Assembly (NCBI RefSeq): GCF_004010195.1 | Contig: NC_057711.1 | Coordinates: forward strand, 27,183,972 to 27,247,971 | Direction: 5' to 3' | From: Chiloscyllium plagiosum | Taxonomy: Eukaryota | Length of the DNA: 64,000 nt | Shown here: in pieces, positions 25,795 through 35,912 of the stretch | Layout: every line of letters begins with the position of its first letter | How positions within the stretch are numbered: the first letter of the stretch is position 1 | Notes under the pieces: generated by a model | The model's database searches: none | The model's input: the letters and a program-made list of their open reading frames with translations, nothing else | What the model was told of the DNA's origin: nothing | Position numbers and translations under genes: made by a program

Positions 25795-26572
25795 ACAAAG
25801 AGATGTTGGGGTGCAGGTGCACAGTTCCTTGAAGCTGGATTAGCAGGTAGGTAAGGTGGTGAAGAAGGCATTTGTACCAATAGTCAGTGCAGGAGTTGGG
25901 ACATCATGTTGTGGTTGGACAAGACATTGGTGAGGCCACTTTTAGAACACTGCATTTAACTCGGGTCTCCCTGCTGTTGGAAAGATGTTGTTAAACTTGA
26001 AAGGGTTCAGAAAAGAATTGCTAGAATTGGAGGATTTGAGCGAGGGAAAGGCTGAATAGGTTTGGCTTTTTTCCCCTGAAGGATCGGACGCTGAGGGATG
26101 AGGGTTGGAGGATTGGAGCTGTAGGGAGAGGCTGAATAGTCTGGAGTTATTTTCCCTGGAGCATCAGAGGCTGAGGGGTGACTTTATAAAATCATAAGGG
26201 GCATGGATAGGGTAAGACCCAAGGTCTTTCTTCCCCAGGGGAGTCCAAAACTAGAGAGTATAGGCAAGAGGGGGCAACGTTTTCATGCAGAGGGTGATGC
26301 AAGTATGGAATGACTGCCAGAGGAAGTGATGGAGGTGAGTACAATTACATCATTTAAAAGGCAGATTTCCCTGTATTCCATGCCTCCTTATTTTTTGAAT
26401 GAGCCATCAATGTGTTTTGTCACATCCTCAAAGAATTCAATAAATGAATAGGAAGGGTTTAGAGAGTTATGGGCCAAATATTGGCAAATGAGACTGGATC
26501 AGTTGATATCTGGTTGGCATGAACGAGTTGGATCGAAGGGTCTGTTTCCGTGCTGTATATCTCTGTGACTCT
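25795..26572 (+). mobile_element. HER1/CR1 3' fragment with a small internal duplication (about 26030-26170)
   Basis: CR1 ORF2 C-terminal remnants and gggtctgtttccgtgctgta..ctct.tgactcta tail. Confidence 0.85.
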
Positions 26573-27037
26573 ATTAGCCAAAACTCCCTACTAATTGCCA
26601 GCACAGCAAGGCTATAACAGAATCGTTCAAGACAGCCTCTTGAACCTATAATTTATTCAGGTATATAAAATGAAACGTATCAGAACTGACAAAACTTGCT
26701 AGATGGATGGATAACTAATGTGTTGCAAAACAAATAGAAAGTATGTTTCGGTGAACCAAGCCAGTACATGAGAGGCTGACTACTGCAGTATGGGAAGGGA
26801 AGACCAGGGTAATGAATGCTAAGCCTGGTCGGAATTTTGCAGTATAAGCATGTAAAGTGAACAAGTGATTATTCAAACCCACACATCTAAGACTTCTTCC
26901 AAGCAGTCAATTGATTTTTTTGGTGTAAACCTGTTGGACAGGGGTTTTGTGTTGAATCTCTTTTGGCGTCATTCTGAAGTCCTGTTACACTAAACTGACC
27001 TGGCATGAAACCTGATGGGCTGAATGGCTTCAGTCTA

Positions 27038-27181
27038 CAGAGCAACCTCAGTTATCCGGACATCAATTATCTGAATTTCAGATTATCCAAATAAGATCAA
27101 GGTCCCGATGCTTGGGTAAACGGTGTTATCCGAACACGATATTCCTCATCCATGGCGTTGGGATAATCGAGGTTGCCCTTT
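27038..27181. mobile_element. Tigger/pogo-like MITE
   Basis: TA|CAGAGCAACCTCAGTTATCC ... GGATAATCGAGGTTGCCCTT|TA imperfect terminal inverted repeats; internal ttatc(c/t)g repeats. Confidence 0.7.
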
Positions 27182-27534
27182 ATATTGTAATGACTGTCAC
27201 AACTGACATGAGAGGGCTGGAGGCATCGAGCTCATTCACCAGCCACCATAGAATCAGGAGGTCTTTGGCAGCATGTGGAGAGAGTTAACATTTTGTGTCC
27301 ATTATAATCTTTCACTTGAACTAGAAAATCTTTAATCTTAAAAGCAGTTTTAAGCCAAGACAGAGGCAGGTAATGTGGGAAACAAAGAAGAGAGGGAAGG
27401 CCTGTGATAACATGCAAAGGAGAGGAAGTTAAATACCAAAAGGGATGATGATAGAAAGGAAAATGATAATGTCAGCAAATTCAGAAGCTGAAGGTATGAA
27501 ATACCGCGTACTGTATGAGTTTTTATAATGCTAG

Positions 27535-27625
27535 GCAAAAGTGAGGACAGAAGATGCTGGAGATCAGAGTCTAGATTAGAGTGGTACTGGAAAAGCACAG
27601 CAGGTCAGGCAGCATCCGAGGAGAC
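27535..27625 (-). mobile_element. Penelope-like family A terminal fragment
   Basis: ggcaaaagtgaggac..agatgctgga...aagcacagcaggtcaggcagcatccgaggag. Confidence 0.75.
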
Positions 27626-28275
27626 CTTTTGTGGTTCAATGGAGTCTTAATTATCCTGCATTCCCATTATTCCTAATCCTTACACCTATCTCTTTGGCCA
27701 TCTGTTTTTCTCCAGAGATGCTGCTTGCCATGCTGTGTGCCACTTGTAGCTTCTGTTTTGATTTCAGATTTCCAGAACCTGCACTTTTGTACTTAGCTTT
27801 AAATACTGTGAAGGATGTTGTACGTATGATGCTCGTTCCAGAGACTAGTTTTAGAAACAAAACAAAGGCTCAGAGACACTTGTCATTTCCAAACGAAGCC
27901 CAGATTATTGAATTCTCTGTGAAGACAGTCACTTGTAAACACCTGAAAGTGAAGAAGAATTTCTGCTGCCAAGATGTCCAATGTGTAGGAAGGAATTGAA
28001 CTGCATGAAGCCTTTGCGATTCATCTTTGAAAAATCCCACACATTACTCCATTCCCAATGTAATTTAGACTGTTTCTCTGCAGAATATTGTTCCGGTTTC
28101 TTTGTGAATTTGCTGATGCTGTCCCTCCTGCATTTTCTTGCTGTGTAATTATTCTTCCATATAATCATGTAAAGCAGTTTCATTAAGATTCATCTCGTTG
28201 CATCATCAATTTATGAACAACAAAGATTTGTGAATGTTCAAAGTTTGTGAGAAGATTTGTAGCCTGGGTGCTCGT

Positions 28276-28678
28276 TGCTGTGGTTCTGTTCGCCGAGCTG
28301 GAAGTTTTTGTTGCAAACGTTTCGTCCCCTGTCTAGGTGACATCCTCAGTGCTTGGGAGCCTCCTGTGAAGTGCTTCTGTGTTGTTTCCTCCAGCATTTA
28401 TAGTGGCCTGTCCCTGCCGCTTCCGGTTGTCAGTTTCAGCTTGGCACTCATCCACAAACTCCATCAACAAACACATAGACCTGGACCCAACATACCAGCC
28501 ACTACAGCGGACAGCTGAAACTGACAACCGGAAGCGGCAGGGACAGGCCACTATAAATGCCGGAGGAAACACCACAGAAGCACTTCACAGGAGGCTCCCA
28601 AGCACTGAGGATGTCACCTAGACAGGGGACGAAACGTTTGCAACAAAAACTTCCAGCTCGGCGAACAGAACCACAGCA
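28276..28678. mobile_element. Penelope-like family C element: near-perfect ~166-bp inverted arms around a GIY-YIG C-terminus remnant; hammerhead core in each arm
   Basis: 28276-28441 is the reverse complement of 28513-28678. The loop encodes AWHSSTNSINKHIDLDPTYQPL. Core gcaCTGAGGAtgtcacctagacaggggacGAAAcgtttgc at 28602-28641. Confidence 0.88.
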
Positions 28679-28693
28679 TTTGCGAATGTAACC

Positions 28694-29345
28694 TGTGATG
28701 ATATGTGCCTTTAAGAGGGAGGTGTCTGTCATGTTTCTCTCAAAGAGAGGTATTGTCAAGTTGGTGCTGAGGTAATTGCTCCATGGAAAGCAGAGTAATT
28801 AGCTTTGGGTTTTCTTTCAAAGGAGACAAATGAAGTATGAGTCTGGAGTCAGACCTAGGGTTTTGGGTTTTGTGTTTTGTGCACAGTTGTTGAAGTTCGG
28901 TTTTGAGGTTGAAGCTGCTAGATACAGCTCTCTCTCTGCTGATGTTGCTGCAAAAAACCTGAGTTGTCTCTCTGCTGCTAGATTCATTCAGCTGGTGTTC
29001 CTTCTGTACTGGAGGAGATAGCAAGTAAGAGAAATCTGTTGTGTAGCATGTACCTTTACCAAGGGTATGATTATGGAATGCTGTTATATTGGAACAGTTG
29101 ATAAGTAATAGTTCAATAATATTTTAGTTTAAGTATTTTGATGGAGTTAAAGTCATACCAAATCTTTTTTTTGTTTGCATTTTAACTGGTATAAGAATTA
29201 AGTATGTTTTGCTTAAAGCCTAGTAATTTAACCAATTGCATCACACTTGGAACACAGTGCTTTACATATCCTTTAAATAAGATAAAAGTAGGGTCTAAGC
29301 TATCTCCTTGATGTGTTTTAAGAGGGTTTGGTCTGGTCCATAACA
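28694..29345 (+). mobile_element. Probable solo LTR (TG...CA)
   Basis: Begins TGTGATG, ends CATAACA. Organisation parallels 61569-62201 (cctttaa near 5' end; g.gctac/tatc.ccttga...ggtttg..ctggtc.ataa.a at 3' end). No clear TSD. Confidence 0.55.
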
Positions 29346-29469
29346 GTTCTCATGAAAACAGTGCTTCTCGGTTATTACCATGTGTTTACTGTAGATGGAG
29401 TAGAACGGTTCACAGCCCCAACTTCATTCTTCAGTTTACTTTGCTTTCAGGTGGGTTTGACTAAAGTGA

Positions 29470-29770
29470 TTAGATTAGATTAGATTAGATTCACTACAGT
29501 GTGGAAACAGGCCTTCAGCCCAACCAGTCCACACCGTCCCTCCGAAGAGAAACCCACCCAAACCCATTCCCCTACATTTACCCCTGTCTAATGCACCTAA
29601 CACTGTGGGCAATTTAGCATGGCCAATTCACCTGGCCTGTACATCATTGGATTGTGGGAGGAAACCGGAGCACCCGGAGGAAACCCACGCAGACACGGCA
29701 GGCGGGAATCGAACCCAGGACCCTGGTGCAATGAGGCAGCAGTGCTAACCACTGAGCCACCATGCTGCCC
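29470..29770 (-). mobile_element. HE1 SINE with (ttaga)n tail, directly 3' of the tRNA-Cys
   Basis: GGCAGCATGGTGGCTCAGTGGTTAGCACTGCTGCCTCA head and V-domain. Internal deletion near 29700. Confidence 0.9.
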
Positions 29771-29775
29771 CATAA

Positions 29776-29847
29776 AGGGGGCACCCAGATTTGAACTGGG
29801 GACCTCTTGATCTGCAGTCAAATGCTCTACCACTGAGCTATACCCCC
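29776..29847 (-). tRNA. tRNA-Cys(GCA), 72 nt, intact cloverleaf
   Basis: GGGGGTATAGCTCAGTGGTAGAGCATTTGACTGCAGATCAAGAGGTCCCCAGTTCAAATCTGGGTGCCCCCT. A and B boxes present, all stems pair, anticodon GCA. Confidence 0.92.
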
Positions 29848-30172
29848 ATGTATATCCACTTTTATGCATTTCAAGACATCCAGAACTTCCTCCTCTGTAG
29901 TACAGACATTTTCCAAGATGTCACCACACTACAAATGTGGCCTACCAACGTCCTGTATAACTGCAACATAACTTCTCAACTTCTATACTAGTGTGCCAAA
30001 AGCCTTCTTCTTGCCCTGTCTACCTGTGACTCCACTTTCAGAGAACTGTGAACCTGAACTCCAAGATCCCTCTGTTTCACTACACTCCTTAAGGCCCGGT
30101 GGGAATCGAACCCAGGACCCTGGTGCTATGAGGCAGCAGTGCTAACCACTGAGCCACCATGCCGCCTTATAA

Positions 30173-30244
30173 AGGGGGCACCCAGATTTGAACTGGGGAC
30201 CTCTTGATCTGCAGTCAAATGTTCTACCACTGAGCTATACCCCC
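30173..30244 (-). tRNA. tRNA-Cys(GCA) second copy with a D-stem mismatch (GAGC->GAAC); possibly a pseudo-tRNA
   Basis: Identical to 29776-29847 except one G->A change in the 3' strand of the D stem. Confidence 0.82.
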
Positions 30245-30329
30245 ATGTATATCCACTTTTAAGCATTTCAAGACATCCAGAACTTCCTCCTCTGTAGTAC
30301 AGACATTTTCCAAGATGTCACCACACTAC

Positions 30330-31285
30330 AAGTGTGGCCTACCAACGTCCTGTATAACTGCAACATAACTTCTCAACTTCTATACTAGTGTGCCAAAAGC
30401 CTTCTTATTGCCCTGTCTACCTGTGACTCCACTTTCAGAGAACTGTGAACCTGAATTCCAAGATCCCTCTGTTTCACTACACTCCTTCAGGCCCTACCAT
30501 TCACCATGAAACTTCTACCTTGATTTGACTTTCCAAAATGCAAGACTTCACACTTAAGTATACTAAACTCCATTTGCCACTTCTCGACCCACTTCCCCAG
30601 CTGATCAAGGTCCCGCTGCAATTTCTGAGAACCTTCCTCACTGTCCATGATACTGCCTACTTTAGTGTCATCAGCAAATTTACTAATCATGCCTTATTCA
30701 TTCTCATCCAAATCATTGAAATAGATAATTTTACTGTCCCACATGAGGAAACATCTGCTCTGTATCTACTCTGTCAATACCCTTTACCATCTAATATATA
30801 TCAATTAAGTCTCCTGTTGTTCTTCTAAACTCTAGTGATTATAGGCCTAAATTGCTGTATCTCTCTGCATAAAACCAAGTCCTTCATCTCTGGAACTAAT
30901 CAAGTAAATCTTCTCTGAATTGCCACCAAAGCAATTACATCATTTCTCAAGGAAGGGGACCAATTGTATGCAGTACTCCAGATCCAGTCTCTTCCATGAC
31001 TTGCACAGCTACAATAACATTCCCTAATTTTATACTCCATTCCTTCAGCAACAAGTACCAAATTGCCATTTGCCCTCCTTATTACCTGCTGTACGTGCAA
31101 ACCAGCTTTCTATGATGATTCATGCAAGAGGATACCCAGAACCCTCCCCACACAAGAGTTTTGATGTTTCTCTCCATTTAGTCAATAAGTTGCTTTTTTC
31201 TTCCTTCTAACCAAATTGGATATTTCACACTTATCCATGTTAAAGTCCATCTGCCACATTTTGATCCATTCACCTAATTATCTAG
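30330..31285 (-). mobile_element. CR1 RT fragments (two pieces)
   Basis: ISKFADDTKVG...LQRDLDQL..W..KWQMEF (ORF 30487..30690); further CR1 remnant in ORF 30900..31100. Confidence 0.85.
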
Positions 31286-31629
31286 TTTAGATGTTTTAAT
31301 AGTTTCTTAGTGGAAGAATGGCTATCCCTCAGCATTTAAAATGTAACTCCTGGCTTAAGAAGGTGTTGGGTGAGATGGTGATTCCATTTCAAGTGTTCCA
31401 CATTTTATTCCAACCAGGTGAGAGGGGGTGAACTCGTTCACTTCATCTCCGAGTTCTGACAAGACTCGTATTATACCCTGTTTCTTTCTCCATGTTGCTA
31501 GACCTGCTGAATTTGTCCAGCATTTTCTGTGTTTGTTTCTGATTTTCAGCATCCACTGTGTTTTGCCATTTTTAAATTCTTGTTTGAAGAAGGCTTTACC
31601 TCTCTCTCTCCAATTACAAATGCAGTTAA

Positions 31630-31990
31630 GGGAGGCAATAGTCTAATGGTATTATCACTGGACTTTTAATCCAGGGACCCAAATATTGTTCTGGGGAGCT
31701 GTTTCAATCCTGCCATGGTAGATGGTGGAATTTGAATTCAATATAAAGAAAATATGGAATTAAGAGTCTAATGATGACCATGATGATGACGACCATGACC
31801 ATAATGATGACTGTCAATTGTGGGCAAAACCCATCTGGTTCACTAATGTCCTTTAGGGAAGGAAGCTGTCATCCTTACCTGGTCTGGCCTACTAGTGACT
31901 CCTGACCCACAACAATGTGGTTGACTCTTAACTGCCCTCTGGGCAATAAATGCTGCCTAGTCAGCAATGCCCTCATCCTGTTAATGAATA
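31630..31990 (+). mobile_element. Full-length tRNA-head SINE whose tail matches the Zenon-like LINE 3' end
   Basis: Decayed A/B boxes, cccatctggttcactaatgtcctttagggaagga core, gggcaataaatgctg...catcc...aatgaat tail. Internal (atgacc)n microsatellite. Confidence 0.75.
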
Positions 31991-32002
31991 AAGAAAGAAA
32001 GT

Positions 32003-32365
32003 CTTATCTTCTCTGTTGGTCCCTTGCACATGAGGATGACTCTCTTCCACTCTCAGGCTGAGTCCGTAGGGGGTTGTACAGACCGATTGTAGCTTTCACA
32101 GACTCTGCCACACTTGGGCAGAAGGTGGTTGTGGGAAGGGGTGGGTGGGGCATTGGTGTAGCAGTGCACTCCTTTCGCTGTTTTCGCCTGGCTTCCGCTT
32201 TTTCTCTGCAGCAAATCTCGAGGTGTTTGACATCTTCCCAGATATTACTCCTCCACCTTGGACGGTCCTGGGTCAGTGCTTCCCAGGTGTCTGTGGAAAT
32301 GCCGCACTTTGCCTTAAGGGTGGCCATAAGGGTATCACTGAAGCGCTTCTTCTGTCCACCTGGGA
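32003..32365 (-). mobile_element. RTE (BovB-like) LINE 3' fragment
   Basis: KRFSDTL..TLK.KCGISTDTWEALTQDRPRWR...RRKQRK, typical of the RTE ORF C-terminus. Confidence 0.8.
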
Positions 32366-34235
32366 CTTGCTGTGATCAATAAGGAGTCAATTGGCAAGGT
32401 CTTACTGAGTCGAAGAAAGAGAAATTTTTTAACTACTAAACCTGAGTAAAATAATAAAAACATGATGTCAAGTATACAGCCTTTGTACAGTTACTTGTAC
32501 ACACGCCCATTGAAAAATAAAGGGGAATAGTATCCAATGTGAAGGAAGATAAAAGAATATACAATTTAGAGTTGTTTTGTTTGCCTTTGAGGCATAAGGT
32601 TTAAATCTGTGATCAATGGTGATGAGCTGGTTTCTTGGATGCAGTCAGTCACATTGAATGATCAGGTTATTAAAAATTCTTGGTTCATTGATTTTATTCT
32701 TTTCTCTGTAAATGTTTCTGTGGGAACAAGGTGCCATCCTCTTCAGTTAATAAAATTGGAAATATAGGTTCTTTCAATTATCTGCAAACATGCCTCAGAA
32801 CGTCCCTTGAAATAGTGGTTCCTCTATATTTCCAAAACATTCTTTGGCTGGGTCCGTCTGTGAAACCTGTGTGTCAATGTCCAGTACTTTGCATTTGTTA
32901 ATATGTTCCCGACACTATGATATGTTTCATTGGGTGTAAATTTAGTTGGGGATTAGTAGGTAGTTAGTGGTTAGCTGGCCCATAATGCAGATAAATCATT
33001 TTGAATTTTCAATGGCCTACATACATTACAGGCAGTGGAACATTGCAGTACACTTTCCGGCATTACTTTCTTGTAAATCAAACTTTCATTAATAAGATAA
33101 TATGGTTCCAGCTCCATATTGAAACCCATATGTTTCCAAGGGTAAGCTACATCCTTGACCCAAGTTACAATGTTCTACTACTATCACATCCTCAATTCTC
33201 AAATTGTCAGCTACTTCCATTTCCAACTGTAAGTGACATTAATGACACTGTGAGAATTCCTGAAATACAGATGTCTATAAGTAAACATATTTCTGATCTC
33301 AGCACAGCGGCAGAGAATTCCTGATCCAGTAGAACTGCACAAGCGTGATCCAGACTTAAAACCTTACCTAATTACTCTTGTTTTCATTGCTCAGCATGCT
33401 GTTTCTTTTGTGAAGCCTTGTATATTGTCAAAGCCTACATTTTGTTTAGAGTTATTAAAATGCCTCAGTAGATTCAGTTGCCCCATTGGTGTTTAATTAA
33501 AAGTATTCTACAACCATTTTTCTCTTTATAAACTTTTCTTGCTCTTCTGATCCAAGCATGCAATAAATTGAAAAATAGTTGAGGGTGTCTTAGAATTTAG
33601 CTACACTTGTTAGCCACACTCAACCAAGTTGCCTAAGACAACAAAACAGCTAGCTACTCGAGCAGCGGATTTATCCTGTGAGTTTTGCATTAAGGTTCGA
33701 TTGTAATTTGTTTTGATGTGAAGAAGCACTCAACTAAGTTCAATATTATCTACGACTGGGTCGGTTGATGCTGTTCAGAAGAACATTGGGTTGAATCAAT
33801 TTTAGATTTGGAGGACATTTTCCTTATTTAAAATAAAGTATATGGTTGTAAAAAGGCAGAATGTCCGTTTGTACATGTACATTTTTGTACCATGTCCAGA
33901 TTGCTAAATCAGTCAAATGTATTCCTGGCCACTACATTACATAATTATTGGTATCAACAACCAGCCTTGAAACACCAGCGTTTTTATAATTACTATACTT
34001 AAGTGTATAAACGTGGTGATGAAAACACACAGGAGAAAACTTTGAGTGTAAATCTTGTGCAAGGTTTACCAATGTACCCGCGGGACAGGCAGTGACCAGT
34101 TTGCACAAGTCTTCTGCTCGCTGCTAATTTTATTGGGCCCAGTAGGTGGTGGTGTGGGCCTGAAAATCTTGGAATATGTTCAAAGTGCTGTCCACATAAA
34201 TATCTCCAGAGATCAAGATCTGGACCATGCAACAG

Positions 34236-34362
34236 AGGAGAAAGTGAGGACTGCAGATGCTAGAGATCAGAGCTGAAAATGTGTTGCTGGAAAAGCGCAG
34301 CAGGTCAGGCAGCATCCAGGGAACAGGAGAATCGACGTTTCGGGCATAAGCCCTTCTTCAGG
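34236..34362 (-). mobile_element. Penelope-like family A copy with an intact hammerhead core
   Basis: Minus strand cCTGAAGAagggcttatgcccGAAAcgtcgatt. Confidence 0.88.
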
Positions 34363-34536
34363 GCTTTGAGGCATAAGTTTTAAATCTGTGAACAATGGTG
34401 ATGAGCTGGTTTCTTGGATGCAGTCAGTCACATTGAATGATCAGGTTATTGAAAATTCTTGGTTCATTGATTTTATTCTTTTCTCTGTAAATGTTTCTGT
34501 GGGAACAAGGTGCCATCCTCAACCATGCAACAGAGG

Positions 34537-34960
34537 GCCTGGCTGGAGAGACTGGATTGGTTAGGGTTATATTCACTAGAGTTTAGAAGAATTAGGGTGG
34601 GGGGTTTCAGAAAACTATAAAATTCAAACAAAACTAGAGACAGGAAACACAGGAAGAATGTTCCTAATGACCAGTGAGTCAAAGGATGAAGAGTAGATCA
34701 GTGAAGATGGAGATGAGGAAGAATTTCTTTACCCAGAGAGTGGTGAGCTTGAGGAATTCTCTGACACAGGAAACTGTTGAGGCAAAAACATTGCATGCTT
34801 TCGAGAAGAAGATTGATATAGTTCTTAGGGCAAAAGGAATCAATGTGTATGGGAAGAAAGGAGAAACAAAGTATTGAGCTGGATGGTCAGCTATGATCAT
34901 TCTGAATAGCGATGCAAAAGCTAAAAGCATATTCCTACTCCAATATTCTATGTTTCTATG
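34537..34960 (+). mobile_element. CR1 3' end
   Basis: EMRKNFFTQRVVSLRNSL; ttctatgtttctatg tail. Confidence 0.85.
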
Positions 34961-35234
34961 ACATTAACAGGCTTCCTGAAAATGTTCCACCCACTCCACC
35001 TCCTTTTAGGCCCAAGTGCACCTAAGTTAGGAGAGATCTAGACTCTATGAGACTTTTTCCAAAAAATCCAACATGCATGAGGCAACAAAACAGATTGATC
35101 ACCTACCAGAGATAGCCCTATTGGGAGTTACAGAGTCAGGCTGCTCTTTGACAAAGGAAACTCTACTCGGGCAGATTCCGACAGCACATACTTACAAGTG
35201 CTGAGGTCCATTCTCAACATAGTAAAACTACTAT

Positions 35235-35440
35235 TGTCCAAGGGGATCTGCTCTCTCATTAGAGAGAAATGACTGATGGCTAGTCTAACCTGAGGGTCAC
35301 CACACATACCTCAAGCGAGGGGCAAGATTGAGAAGGCAGGCTTGTTATGGTAACCTCAGCCAGTAAGCGAACTGAACCCATGCTATTGGCACCAGTCTGC
35401 ATTGCGAACCAACCATCCAGCCAACTGGGCTAACCAACTG
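35235..35440 (-). mobile_element. tRNA-derived SINE (second copy at about 44245-44440), possibly MetaSINE-type
   Basis: GGTTAGCCCAGTTGG..GGTTCA head. ccttctcaa.cttgcccctcgc.tgag body and ctaatgagagagcag shared by the two copies. Confidence 0.7.
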
Positions 35441-35816
35441 CTGACTCTAAAAGTATATTAGTGATCTAGCCTGTAATTTGGAAAGGGGTTTATGGTAACC
35501 TCTATGTGCCAGCTACAGTGCTCAGGACTGCTCCTCTCTAGATGGAGTGAGCTGTCGGAGAATAAATTTACATCGTCAACTTATATTTTAAAGGCTCACA
35601 TTCTGACACTTTGCAAAACCAAAAAACATTTACATGAAATCACCCAACACTTTAAACGATAGAATTCTGGAGACGGGAAGAGACAGAGGAATAAATCCCA
35701 CTCCTCATCCTTGCAGTTGACAACATTATAGGAAGAGTCAAATATATCATTTTTTTTACAAACCAAGCAGGAGCACTCAAGCATTTTCGTTACAGTGTAA
35801 GTGTTAATATTAGTAC

Positions 35817-35912
35817 CTGCAACCAGCAACAAGTTGGGTGAGCTTTGCACTCTCTTCACGGAGGCTAATTTAACGGATGTAGCAGCACGTTTGCGAGCAT
35901 AGCCACCGCTGT
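35817..35912 (-). CDS. SORBS2: SORBS2 exon, 96 nt, phase 1-1: [33 protein letters not shown]
   Basis: tttattttcAG acceptor, GCAG|GTacta donor. Peptide resembles recalled mammalian SORBS2 [32 protein letters not shown]. Confidence 0.92.

Larger units (their letters stand above)
29701..30494. repeat. Tandem duplication, 2 x 397 bp (HE1 head + tRNA-Cys + spacer + CR1 piece)
   Basis: 29701-30097 aligns to 30098-30494 with a constant 397 offset and about 11 substitutions counted by eye. Confidence 0.93.

Noticed and set aside
28206-28759. Mirror-image ORFs on both strands
   Set aside because: Consequence of the inverted repeat of the Penelope-like element.
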